The notes below the pieces were generated by a model. That model had not been told where the DNA came from. It saw only the letters and a list, made by a program, of their open reading frames with translations, and did not search any database. Positions 45,353 to 54,018 of a stretch of DNA of 64,000 nucleotides are shown one piece after another. Source of the DNA: Minisyncoccota bacterium (GTDB lineage Bacteria > Patescibacteriota > Minisyncoccia > Phycocordibacterales > UBA9973); assembly GCA_041659205.1 (NCBI GenBank), contig JBAZYS010000003.1, positions 3,266 through 67,265 on the forward strand, given 5' to 3'. The translations under genes and the position numbers were made by a program. Each line of letters begins with the position of its first letter. Position 1 is the stretch's first letter.

Positions 45353-45470
45353 ATTTTAAAATTTTATTTTTCCGTTAACGAAACAAAAAAGCCCTAAGGC
45401 CCTTTTAAATCTATTTTATAATAACATAGTTTTAAGGAAAACACAAATATCACTATAAATAAACAAAAAA

Positions 45471-45494
45471 AGGCAAGTTTATTGCCTTTTTTTG
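45471..45494. terminator. Terminator hairpin aggcaagtttattgcct plus T7, bidirectional
   Basis: Stem-loop flanked by an A-run upstream and a T-run downstream. Confidence 0.55.
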
Positions 45495-45519
45495 TAAAGA
45501 TTAAAGCTAAAAAATATGC

Positions 45520-45972
45520 TTAATTAGTCCCCTTTCTGTTTCTTTGCATAGCTACGGCCTTGGTAACTATTTTTACTGTTTTGGCAGTTAGAATATTTGT
45601 TGTTTTATCCAGTGTACCAACAACAATTACTTTTTGCCCCACAGCAAGATTTGATAACGTAGCGCTAATTCCATCCTTTTTATAGGTAGTTGATGCATCA
45701 GTTTTAACATCAACAGATGAAATCTGTTTAGTCTTTAAATTTTTTACATCAATTGTAAAACCAGTACTACTCAACACTCCGATGGTTCCAACAATATTTG
45801 CTTTTCCTGTCCTTCTAATTCTTAAACCTTTCTCACCCTTGCCTTCTTTTTGATGAATAGGCTGTACGTTTTTTATACCAAGGTCTTGTGGGCCTGCAGC
45901 AAAAACACTAGAACCTGAAACTAATAATGATATTGCGAGCGCACCTGTGGCAATTTGTTTTTTGTATTTCAT
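45520..45972 (-). CDS. Secreted hypothetical protein (signal peptide; DUF5666-like beta-rich)
   Basis: 150 aa; cleavable signal peptide then TV/VG-rich beta region; adjacent to the two-component system. Confidence 0.4.
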   Translation of the reverse strand: MKYKKQIATGALAISLLVSGSSVFAAGPQDLGIKNVQPIHQKEGKGEKGLRIRRTGKANIVGTIGVLSSTGFTIDVKNLKTKQISSVDVKTDASTTYKKDGISATLSNLAVGQKVIVVGTLDKTTNILTAKTVKIVTKAVAMQRNRKGTN

Positions 45973-46054
45973 AAATTCGAATTAAGTTATTTAATTAATA
46001 ATGAACCTACACTACGACTATAGTGTACATTTATTCTATATTTACTAAATGAAG

Positions 46055-47089
46055 TTATTGTGAAGAGATAGGTAAAGTAATTATCACATTTGTACCCTTA
46101 TTTACTCCACTTTTTATTGCAATTGTTCCTTTATGATTTTCAATTATTTTTTTTGACAAAGTAAGCCCAAGTCCTGCACCTTCAGTATTACGTGCCTCAT
46201 TTCCTCTAAAAAAAGGATCGAAAATTTTATTCAAAATATCTTCTCTTATCCCGACACCATTGTCACTTATTATAATTACATATTTACCTGAAACAATTTT
46301 ATCTGACACTAGAATACTTCCATTCTCTCTTGTATGCTTAATGGCATTATCAAAAATATTAAAAAATACTCGACTTAACTCAATTTCACTACCTTGTATA
46401 ATTACTGATGTTTCTATTTTTTCCCCGATATTTATATTTTTTATCTTGGCTAAATTTTTATTTTTTTCTACAATAGATTTTATTAGCTCATTTATATGCA
46501 CATCCTTATATTCTGTTTGTCTTGGTGTGTCATATTTTGATAAATCAAGTAAATTATTACTGAGTTTTGAAAATTCTCTCATCTCTTCTAGTGTATTTTC
46601 TAATGTTTTTTTAGCTCCAATAAAATCTAAATTCTTATTGTTAAGATTAACTTCAAGTCCCGAGATAACTACAGCGATAGGGGTACGTAGTTCGTGAGAA
46701 GCATCAGCAATAAATCTCTTCTGCTTTTGCATATTAAATTTAATTGGTTCCAATGTCTTATATGTAAGTAGAAATCCCAAAATAATAACAAAAAATATAA
46801 TAATCAAGTCTATTGTAATAAAACGATTTAATAATATATCTTGCGCTCTATCTATGATTAACTGAGCAGTTCTAGCGTCAAGAAAAATATTATCTAAAAT
46901 TGATTGAGCAAAATTAGAAAGAATCGTGTTGTAAAGGACAATACTAGAACCACCCAAAATTACTATTGCCGTAATTGAATAGTATAAAGTAAGTCTGAGT
47001 CGCGCGATAAAAAATTCATCGTTCTTACGATTAACCTTCCATTTTGTAACCAACTCCTCGAATTGTTTGTATAATTTTTCCATTATCAT
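46055..47089 (-). CDS. Sensor histidine kinase
   Basis: 2 TM; H-box ADASHELRTP; N, G1 and G2 boxes (DNGVGI, GLGLTL). Confidence 0.85.
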   Translation of the reverse strand: MIMEKLYKQFEELVTKWKVNRKNDEFFIARLRLTLYYSITAIVILGGSSIVLYNTILSNFAQSILDNIFLDARTAQLIIDRAQDILLNRFITIDLIIIFFVIILGFLLTYKTLEPIKFNMQKQKRFIADASHELRTPIAVVISGLEVNLNNKNLDFIGAKKTLENTLEEMREFSKLSNNLLDLSKYDTPRQTEYKDVHINELIKSIVEKNKNLAKIKNINIGEKIETSVIIQGSEIELSRVFFNIFDNAIKHTRENGSILVSDKIVSGKYVIIISDNGVGIREDILNKIFDPFFRGNEARNTEGAGLGLTLSKKIIENHKGTIAIKSGVNKGTNVIITLPISSQ

Positions 47090-47699
47090 GAATTTTTCTT
47101 CTTAGATTTTTTATATGCACGTCGACAGTATTACTAAATGATGAATCTGCAAAATCCCAAGCATGCGAATAAAGTTCGTCTCTGGTTATTACTTTATTTA
47201 AATTGCGAATCAGATATTCAAGTACCATGAATTCTTTCAGCGTTAAAGAAATGATTTTGTTTTTGTAAGTTACTGTCCTACTCGTTGTGTTCATATTAAT
47301 ATTACCAGAAGTAAGCACAATGGGCGAAGATTGCTTTGGACGTCGCAAAAGTGCATGAACGCGAGCAAGTAGTTCCTTGAAAGCAAATGGCTTTGCTAAA
47401 TAATCGTCTGCCCCAGCATCAAGACCAATAACCTTATCATCTGTGGTACTAAGCGCAGTAAGCATCAGTATTGGAACGATAACGCCATTTTCTCGCCAAC
47501 TATCACAAACTAAAATTCCATCTTTCCCAGGAAGCATTCTGTCGAGAATCACAAGGTCGTATTCGTCACGATTGAATAATATCCGACGTTCTGCCACAAG
47601 CCCATCTACTATAATATCAACAGCATAGCCTTCTTGCATAAGGCCTTGTTTCAAATTTTCCGCCAATTTTGTATTGTCTTCAACGACTAATATCTTCAT
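47031..47699 (-). CDS. OmpR-family response regulator
   Basis: Receiver domain (MKILVVEDN...D...K) plus winged-helix trans_reg_C. Confidence 0.85.
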   Translation of the reverse strand: MKILVVEDNTKLAENLKQGLMQEGYAVDIIVDGLVAERRILFNRDEYDLVILDRMLPGKDGILVCDSWRENGVIVPILMLTALSTTDDKVIGLDAGADDYLAKPFAFKELLARVHALLRRPKQSSPIVLTSGNINMNTTSRTVTYKNKIISLTLKEFMVLEYLIRNLNKVITRDELYSHAWDFADSSFSNTVDVHIKNLRRKIHDNGKIIQTIRGVGYKMEG

Positions 47700-47797
47700 A
47701 CATTTATGATACCACCATTAAGTGAAATCTTCATGAAGAGCACATTTTAAACAGCAGAGGATGCAAAAAATGTTATTTTATGTTATTTTGTAAATAC

Positions 47798-47942
47798 GCG
47801 TCGGTATAGGGTGTGCAGGAAAAACTATAGTATTGATATAAAGTTCTTATACGTTGAAAAGTAAACATATGCGTCGGTATAGGGTGGTAGGAAAAACTAG
47901 AGTATCGATGTAAAGTTCTAATACGTTGAAAAGTAAATACAT
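47798..47942 (+). repeat. Two tandem ~73 bp copies of the tRNA-Tyr leader plus first ~17 nt of tRNA-Tyr
   Basis: gcgtcggtatagggtgKKMagg aaaaactaKagtatYgatRtaaagttctWatacgttgaaaagtaaaYaYat repeated at 47798 and 47871, then the real tRNA at 47943. Confidence 0.7.
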
Positions 47943-48025
47943 GCGTCGGTGGTAGAGTGGTCAATTACAACAGACTGTAAATCTGTCGCCTTCGGGCTAC
48001 GAAGGTTCGAATCCTTCCCGACGCA
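47943..48025 (+). tRNA. tRNA-Tyr (GTA), long variable arm
   Basis: Acceptor GCGTCGG/CCGACGC, anticodon loop cuGUAaa, T-loop GGTTCGAATCC, discriminator A. Confidence 0.85.
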
Positions 48026-48057
48026 CAAAACAAATCCCGAAAGGGATTTTTGTTTTG
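48026..48057 (+). terminator. Terminator hairpin after tRNA-Tyr
   Basis: caaaacaaatccc-gaaa-gggatttttgttttg. Confidence 0.6.
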
Positions 48058-48224
48058 TTAATCGGAGAAAGCAAATTTATTTGCTTTCGTGAAGGATGAG
48101 AAAAGCTTTTACCTATATGCTGGAAGTATATGCAAAAGGTATACTGCCCTCGTAGAGGGAGAAATTCCTTCCATTAAAAATTTAAGCTTCTGCTTGGGTT
48201 TTTTAATTTATATCTCGTTACCCT

Positions 48225-48252
48225 TGACAAATTGATTAAAAGTTGTTACTCT
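48225..48252 (+). promoter_or_regulatory. Putative promoter (TTGACA, 16 bp spacer, TACTCT) for the GC-rich small gene
   Basis: Consensus -35 box; weak -10 box. Confidence 0.3.
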
Positions 48253-48330
48253 CAAAAATGAAAACAAGCACATTGAACAAACAAACGGCACCCGAAAAAA
48301 CATCGGGAAATTCTAAAAGGAGGAAAAGCC

Positions 48331-48564
48331 GTGTCGACTGAACAGAAAGCTCCCAAGGACAAGACCCGGGTGATCGGGGTCGATCTTTTCGACCACGAGG
48401 ATTACCACGTCGGTGACTACGATACGCCCGAAGAGGCGTTCGAGATCGCCGACGATCACAACAAAGCACGCACTGGTCCGATGGACGATGTTTTCTACGT
48501 CTACAACGACCAGGGTGCCTACATCCGAGGAAACGAAGCTGTCGGACAAGAAGTGAGTCCGTAG
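48331..48564 (+). CDS. GC-rich small acidic hypothetical protein (GTG start), likely horizontally acquired
   Basis: 77 aa; AAAGGAGG RBS 7 nt upstream of GTG; own terminator; GC far above the genome background. Confidence 0.55.
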   Translation: MSTEQKAPKDKTRVIGVDLFDHEDYHVGDYDTPEEAFEIADDHNKARTGPMDDVFYVYNDQGAYIRGNEAVGQEVSP

Positions 48565-48584
48565 TTTCCATCTTCACCACCAAT

Positions 48585-48616
48585 GGGCGGTCAGCAATGA
48601 CCGCCTTTTATTTTTT
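48585..48616 (+). terminator. Rho-independent terminator of the GC-rich gene
   Basis: gggcggtca-gcaa-tgaccgcc followed by ttttatttttt. Confidence 0.7.
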
Positions 48617-48655
48617 AAAAAATATTTAATTAAATAATATAGATACAAAATAAAA

Positions 48656-51358
48656 CTAAACAGTAGAACGAGACTTTACTCGAATTGAGCTTTTTACTTT
48701 ACCTTTTTTGTTTTCAATTAGAAGTTCATTATTTTTTACAGAAACATAAATAGTATCCCCTTTTGAAACTTTATTTGAAATAATGAAAGTCGCCACCGTG
48801 TTTAATATTTTATTTTGAATTAAACGATTAAGTGGTCTCGCCCCAAAATGTGGGTCATAGCCTTCCTTGGCTAGATAAGAAAGGGCCTCATCTGAAATCT
48901 CAAATTTTATCCCCTTACTAACTAAACGAGTAGCGACTACCTTAATTCGCAAATTGACTATTTCTTTAAGAGCCTCTTGCGACAAAACATCAAAGACAAT
49001 AATTTCATCCAAGCGATTTAAAAATTCGGGACGAAAATTGTCCTTTAACGTTTCCATAACTTTTTCTTTCATATTTCCATAATCTTGTTTTTGAGAATTA
49101 TTAGAAAAACCAATTGACTCCATTTTTTCCACAAACTGTGAACCAATGTTCGAAGTCAAAATAATAACGGTATTTTTAAAATTAACTACTCTTCCTTTTC
49201 CATCAGTCAGTCTTCCTTCATCGATAACTTGCAGAAGCATATTAAAAACTTCAGGATGAGCTTTCTCTATTTCATCAAAAAGAATCACCGAGTATGGGCG
49301 ATGACGCACGGCTTCAGTCAGTTGACCTGCTTCATCATAGCCAACATAACCTGGAGGAGAGCCAATAAGCTTAGACATTGAATGTCTTTCTGTGTACTCA
49401 GACATATCTACTCGAATAATGGCACTATCATCATTGAACATAAATTGCCCCAAGGCCTTCGTAAGCTCTGTCTTCCCGACACCCGTGGGACCCAGGAAAA
49501 TAAACGAACCAATGGGCCTATTGGGGTCACCAATGCCTGCACGAGAACGACGAACGACATCTGCCACTCTTTTTATCGCAGCATCTTGACCAACAACTCT
49601 CTTCTCCAATTCATCTTCCATTTTTTCTAATTTTTCTCTTTCTTCTTCAAGCATTTTGTTTAATGGAATACCTGTCCAGCGAGCAACCACTTCTGCGATA
49701 TCTTCAGCAGTTATTTCTTCTTTTAAAATTCTTCGTGATTTTTGTAATTTCTTTAATCGGGCAAGTTTTATTTCAAGCTCTTTTTTTAATGCTGGTAATT
49801 TCCCATAACGTATCTCCGCCGCCAGAGAAAGATCCGCTTTCATTTCAGCCTCTTCTGCCTCTAGCCTTATGCTCTCTATTTCTTTTTTAATGCTCCTAAT
49901 TTCAAGTACAATTGTTTTTTCGTTTTGCCACTTTAATTCAAGCTCTTTTGTTTTCTCAGACAAATTTCCAATTTCTTTATCAATCTCTTTTATCCTGTTT
50001 TTATTTTCTTGAATTTTTTGTTTATCTTGATGTTTATCTCCACTCGAAAAATTTATTTCTTTTTTGAGAGCTTCTTTTTCAATTTCAAAACGCATTATTT
50101 TTCTATGAGCATCTTCTAAAACAGGTGGCTTATTTTCTAGCATTATCTTCAATGACGAAGAAGCCTCATCTATTAAGTCCACTGCTTTATCTGGTAAAAA
50201 TCTATTCGTAATATAACGAGAAGAAAGATTCACTGCTGCAACTATCGCGTCATCTGTAATCCGAACTCCATGGAAAAGTTCATATCTTTCTTTGAGCCCA
50301 CGCAAAATAGCAAAAGCATCTTCGATACTAGGTTCATCAATATAAACTGGCTGAAAACGACGAGCGAGTGCAGGATCCTTTTCAATGTGTTTTTGATATT
50401 CTCGCAAAGTTGTCGCCCCTATTGCCCGCAATTCTCCACGAGAAAGCGCTGGCTTTAACATATTGGAAGCATCCATCGTGCCTTCTGCCCCACCCGCACC
50501 AACGATAGTGTGAATCTCATCTATAAAAAGAATTATCTTACCGTCTGACCGTTCAATTTCCTTCATTATACCTTTTAACCTTTCCTCAAATTCTCCACGA
50601 TATTTTGTTCCCGCCACAAGCATTCCTAAATCAAGAGAAACAAGGTCCTTATCTTTTAAAGATTCTGGAACACTGTTTTTTGCAATCATTTGAGCAAGGC
50701 CCTCCACGACAGCAGTTTTACCTGTACCGGCCTCCCCTATTAATATAGGATTATTCTTGGTCCTTCTAGAGAGTATTTGCATAATGCGTGTTATTTCATT
50801 GTCACGCCCGATGACCGGATCTAATTTATCTTCTTTCGCTAACTTAGTTAGATTGCGAGTGTATTTTATAAGTAATTTAAATTGTTTTGGGGGAGTCGCC
50901 TCAGTAATATTTTGACTGCGAAGTTCTTCTAAAACTTTCACTACTTGGTCTTTATGAATTTTAAATTTGGAAAGCGTCTCTCGTGCCTCACTCGTAACAT
51001 CAAGCACAGCAATAAAAAGATGTTCCGTAGAAACAAAATCATCTTTCATATATTCTGCTAATTTTACTGATTGCTCAATTACCTGAGCTAAATCTGGATT
51101 AAGATAAATCTGATAAGAAGGAGAAATAGTACTGTGATTTTCTGGTAACTCAATTAATTCTAAAACAGAATCAGTCAGAAGCATCGTATCAATTTCCAAT
51201 TTATCTAAAATAGAATTTACCATTGACTCTTCCTGAAGTAGAAGCGCTGCAAGTAAATGAAGTGCTGAGACATGATTTACTCCACGCTCAATAGCGAGCT
51301 CATGAGCCTTCTTGATTGCATCTTTTGCTTTAGTTGTAAATTTATTTAATGGTGGCAT
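48656..51358 (-). CDS. clpB: Chaperone ClpB (Hsp104-type disaggregase)
   Basis: 900 aa; two AAA+ modules ([18 protein letters not shown]) and a long coiled-coil middle domain. Confidence 0.9.
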   Translation of the reverse strand: MPPLNKFTTKAKDAIKKAHELAIERGVNHVSALHLLAALLLQEESMVNSILDKLEIDTMLLTDSVLELIELPENHSTISPSYQIYLNPDLAQVIEQSVKLAEYMKDDFVSTEHLFIAVLDVTSEARETLSKFKIHKDQVVKVLEELRSQNITEATPPKQFKLLIKYTRNLTKLAKEDKLDPVIGRDNEITRIMQILSRRTKNNPILIGEAGTGKTAVVEGLAQMIAKNSVPESLKDKDLVSLDLGMLVAGTKYRGEFEERLKGIMKEIERSDGKIILFIDEIHTIVGAGGAEGTMDASNMLKPALSRGELRAIGATTLREYQKHIEKDPALARRFQPVYIDEPSIEDAFAILRGLKERYELFHGVRITDDAIVAAVNLSSRYITNRFLPDKAVDLIDEASSSLKIMLENKPPVLEDAHRKIMRFEIEKEALKKEINFSSGDKHQDKQKIQENKNRIKEIDKEIGNLSEKTKELELKWQNEKTIVLEIRSIKKEIESIRLEAEEAEMKADLSLAAEIRYGKLPALKKELEIKLARLKKLQKSRRILKEEITAEDIAEVVARWTGIPLNKMLEEEREKLEKMEDELEKRVVGQDAAIKRVADVVRRSRAGIGDPNRPIGSFIFLGPTGVGKTELTKALGQFMFNDDSAIIRVDMSEYTERHSMSKLIGSPPGYVGYDEAGQLTEAVRHRPYSVILFDEIEKAHPEVFNMLLQVIDEGRLTDGKGRVVNFKNTVIILTSNIGSQFVEKMESIGFSNNSQKQDYGNMKEKVMETLKDNFRPEFLNRLDEIIVFDVLSQEALKEIVNLRIKVVATRLVSKGIKFEISDEALSYLAKEGYDPHFGARPLNRLIQNKILNTVATFIISNKVSKGDTIYVSVKNNELLIENKKGKVKSSIRVKSRSTV

Positions 51359-51402
51359 ATATATAAGTTAAAAAGTTGTAAAATTAATGAGAAACAAAAA
51401 AA

Positions 51403-52185
51403 TTAGAAAGCTTTAGGAGCTGGTGCATCAGAACCCTTTAGGGCACTCGTAATGCTTTCAATTGAAGAAAAAGAGGAAGTATCAGGAGAAAGTGCTATAC
51501 CTAACACTTCGCCATCTAAATTAAGAACTAGAGAACCTATGTTTGATTTTGAAACAGTTATATCAATATTCTTATTTGAATTCAAGCCTTCAAACATAAA
51601 AGAAGTTGTAGTATTTCCTATTACTAGAACCTTCTGTCCGATTTTCATTTTACTTAAGTCTCCAAATGTTGGAACAGTATAACTAAGTTTGTCAGTTCCA
51701 TTAACAGCAGCTCCTACTTTAATAAAAGAAAACCCTTCCTTATTCGTCGAAACAAAATCAGCTTTAAATTTTCCACTATCATTTTTAACATAATAAACTC
51801 CCTTGTCCGGCACGAGTGAAGCATCAACGACGACAGTATCATCAGTGGAAACTACAAACCCTCTCCCAGCAGAGACTTCAACAGTTTTCAGATCTATGTC
51901 TTGTGTTTCTTTTGTAATAGAAAATACTGAAGATTTATTTTTAGCAATTGCATCCACTACCAAATCTTCTTCCTTAACGACGACAGTCTGCACTGTAGTC
52001 TTGCCTTCCACTTGCTGAATTTTCTCAATTGTTTGTTGGACGACACGATTTATCGGCGCAGTAAAAGACACGGGTGCTTGTTGCATCAAGGTCACAGTCG
52101 TAATGCCCGTCGCAATAGAAGTAATGAAAGAAAGCAATACTGCGAGCAATATAAGTTGTGATTTATTTAAATCTTTAATATCCAT
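51403..52185 (-). CDS. Membrane-anchored trypsin-like (S1/HtrA-like) domain protein, apparently catalytically inactive
   Basis: 260 aa; N-terminal TM; GRGFVVS ... SNIGSLVLNLDGEVLGIA aligns to the HtrA GNSGGPL.N..GE.IGI block with the catalytic Ser replaced. Confidence 0.4.
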   Translation of the reverse strand: MDIKDLNKSQLILLAVLLSFITSIATGITTVTLMQQAPVSFTAPINRVVQQTIEKIQQVEGKTTVQTVVVKEEDLVVDAIAKNKSSVFSITKETQDIDLKTVEVSAGRGFVVSTDDTVVVDASLVPDKGVYYVKNDSGKFKADFVSTNKEGFSFIKVGAAVNGTDKLSYTVPTFGDLSKMKIGQKVLVIGNTTTSFMFEGLNSNKNIDITVSKSNIGSLVLNLDGEVLGIALSPDTSSFSSIESITSALKGSDAPAPKAF

Positions 52186-52188
52186 TTC

Positions 52189-53523
52189 TCAATTATACCA
52201 TTTTTTTAGCTTTGTCAAAACTTGAGATAAAACTTTAATTGTGTAGTCAATATCTTTCTTTGTAGTCTGCCTGCCCATTGAAAAACGAAGTCCGCCTATC
52301 TCTCTATCTATCTCTGGATGTATTGCTTTTATAACGTATGAGCCTTCTACGTTGGAACTTTTACAAGCACTCTTTGAAGAAGCCATAACACCCTTCGCAG
52401 AAAGTTCTATAACTAAAAGGTCACTTTGAATTTTAGGAAATGTTACGTTCACATTGTTCGGTAATCTATTTTTTAGATCGCCGTTAAATATATGCGGAGC
52501 AAAAGAATGATTTTTGAATGGTCTGGGGATTTTTTCCGAGGACCTGAAAAAATTATTCTTTTGCGAAGCTAATAACTTTTTAAAAAAATAATCACGAAGT
52601 TTTGTTAAGCGTTTGCTTTCTTTTTCTTTAATATCTTGTGCTAATTTTAATGCATTAGAAAATTTCAAAATTTCTGCTAAATTTTCTGTCCCTGGACGTA
52701 ATCCCATTTCTTGGTCTCCCCCACCATATACATTTGCAAGTTTAACCATTTTTCTTTTATAAAGAACTCCGACTTTCCCCCCACCTTCAATCTTCGAACC
52801 AGATAATGAAAGTAAATCCACGCCGAGTCTCTCTACATTAAGATCTAAATAATTAACAGCCTGCACTGCATCAGTATGAAATAAAGGTAAAGAAAATGAA
52901 GGAAATAATTTCTTTGAATGGTCTGGGGATTTTTTCCGAGGACCTGAAAAAAAATTGATTTCCTTCATTTTCTTAAAATGCCTAATCTCTTTTGCGATCT
53001 CACGAATCGTCTGTATTGTGCCTATTTCGTTATTCGCATACATTACCGAAACAAGTATTGTATTGGTCTTAATTTCTTTTTTTATTTTTTTGGGATCCAC
53101 TATTCCATTCTCCTCAACAGGGACAATTGAAATTTCCACAAGTTTTCTTTTTTCTAATAATTTAAAAGTTTCAAGCACTGAGGGATGTTCAATGTTTGTG
53201 GTTATAATGTGCGGAAGGAGTTGTTTGGTAGTTTTTGAAATGCCTTGCGCAGGCTGACGAGCCGAGCAGAGCAATTCGCCAACAGGCGAATATGTGTGCA
53301 TTTCAAAAATTGACCAAACAACTCCTTGTATCGCAAGATTGTTACTTTCTGTACCCCCACTCGTAAAAATTATTTCTTCAGGTCTAGATCCCAAAACACT
53401 CGCCACAGCTTTGCGCGCATTTTGAAGTTTATTTTTTGCATCTACCCCGAGAGAATGAATTGAGCTAGGATTTGCTTCTACGCTAGCAGCGTAATCTAGG
53501 TATATTTTGTTTGATTTAACCAT
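52189..53523 (-). CDS. Cysteine desulfurase (class V aminotransferase, IscS/NifS-like) carrying three in-frame insertions
   Basis: 444 aa; TSGGTESNN, HTDAVQA, SLSGSK(I) PLP-lysine region, C-terminal SACKSS active-site Cys loop; insertions relative to IscS coincide with repeat elements. Confidence 0.8.
   Translation of the reverse strand: MVKSNKIYLDYAASVEANPSSIHSLGVDAKNKLQNARKAVASVLGSRPEEIIFTSGGTESNNLAIQGVVWSIFEMHTYSPVGELLCSARQPAQGISKTTKQLLPHIITTNIEHPSVLETFKLLEKRKLVEISIVPVEENGIVDPKKIKKEIKTNTILVSVMYANNEIGTIQTIREIAKEIRHFKKMKEINFFSGPRKKSPDHSKKLFPSFSLPLFHTDAVQAVNYLDLNVERLGVDLLSLSGSKIEGGGKVGVLYKRKMVKLANVYGGGDQEMGLRPGTENLAEILKFSNALKLAQDIKEKESKRLTKLRDYFFKKLLASQKNNFFRSSEKIPRPFKNHSFAPHIFNGDLKNRLPNNVNVTFPKIQSDLLVIELSAKGVMASSKSACKSSNVEGSYVIKAIHPEIDREIGGLRFSMGRQTTKKDIDYTIKVLSQVLTKLKKWYN
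52499..52564. mobile_element. Palindromic insertion element family A, copy 1 (inside the cysteine desulfurase ORF, in frame)
   Basis: 38 bp core tgaatggtctggggattttttccgaggacctgaaaaaatt flanked by a copy-specific inverted repeat gcaaaagaat/attcttttgc. Confidence 0.6.
52892..52972. mobile_element. Palindromic insertion element family A, copy 2 (inside the cysteine desulfurase ORF, in frame, read in a different frame)
   Basis: Identical 38 bp core (+2 A) flanked by a different inverted repeat gaaaatgaaggaaat/atttccttcattttc. Confidence 0.6.
53215..53327. mobile_element. Palindromic insertion element family B, copy 1 (inside the cysteine desulfurase ORF, in frame)
   Basis: Outer inverted repeat aaggagttgtttggt/accaaacaactcctt; inner tttgaaatgc-cttgcgcaggctgacgagccgagcagagcaa-[hairpin attcgcc aacag ggcgaat]-atgtgtgcatttcaaa. 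Confidence 0.6.
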
Positions 53524-53547
53524 AAAAATAGTATATATTGAAATTGT

Positions 53548-54012
53548 ATGAATACAAAGCTCGAGATAACTTTTTTTGTTTTAAGCGGAATTGCCATTTT
53601 GGGTACTCTTTTCTGTACTATTTGGATTATTGTTACCGAAAAACGCCTTAAAAAGTTTTTTCTTGGTAAAAAAGCAAAAGATTTAGAAGATACAATTTCT
53701 ATTTTGGAAACTGAAATCAACAAATTAAATAAGGCAAAAGAAGAACTTGAAAAAAATATTGTTACAATAAACTCTAAACTTAAAAAAAGTATCAGAGGAC
53801 TTGAGACCATACGTTTCAATCCTTTCCCTGACCAAGGCAGTAACCAGAGCTTTGCTATTGGAATGCTCAATGAAGAAGGTAGCGGCCTAGTAATTTCAAG
53901 TTTATATTCTCGTGAGAGAATGAGTATCTTTGCTAAACCAATAAAAAATGGAAAATCAGAATACGAACTCACTAATGAGGAAAAAGAGGCTCTAGAAAAA
54001 GCAAAGGTATAA
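53548..54012 (+). CDS. DUF4446-like membrane/coiled-coil protein upstream of infB
   Basis: 154 aa; N-terminal TM then coiled coil; 6 bp before infB; preferred over the antisense hydrophobic ORF 53496-54044. Confidence 0.5.
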   Translation: MNTKLEITFFVLSGIAILGTLFCTIWIIVTEKRLKKFFLGKKAKDLEDTISILETEINKLNKAKEELEKNIVTINSKLKKSIRGLETIRFNPFPDQGSNQSFAIGMLNEEGSGLVISSLYSRERMSIFAKPIKNGKSEYELTNEEKEALEKAKV

Positions 54013-54018
54013 AAAATT

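Noticed and set aside
47798-47942. Tandem repeats upstream of tRNA-Tyr as a CRISPR array
   Set aside because: There are only two units with a 73 bp period and no spacer/repeat alternation. The units are homologous to the tRNA leader plus 5' end.
48236-48583. Minus-strand ORFs of 115 aa and 78 aa overlapping the GC-rich plus-strand gene
   Set aside because: High GC suppresses stop codons on all frames. The plus-strand ORF has an RBS, promoter-like -35 box and terminator, whereas the antisense ORFs (Arg/Pro/Cys-rich) have none.
53240-53262. CUGACGAG within the family B element as a possible hammerhead ribozyme core
   Set aside because: I could not place a stem II hairpin followed by GAAA and a UH cleavage site in either orientation, so there is no support for a hammerhead. 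Other ribozyme classes were not testable by eye.
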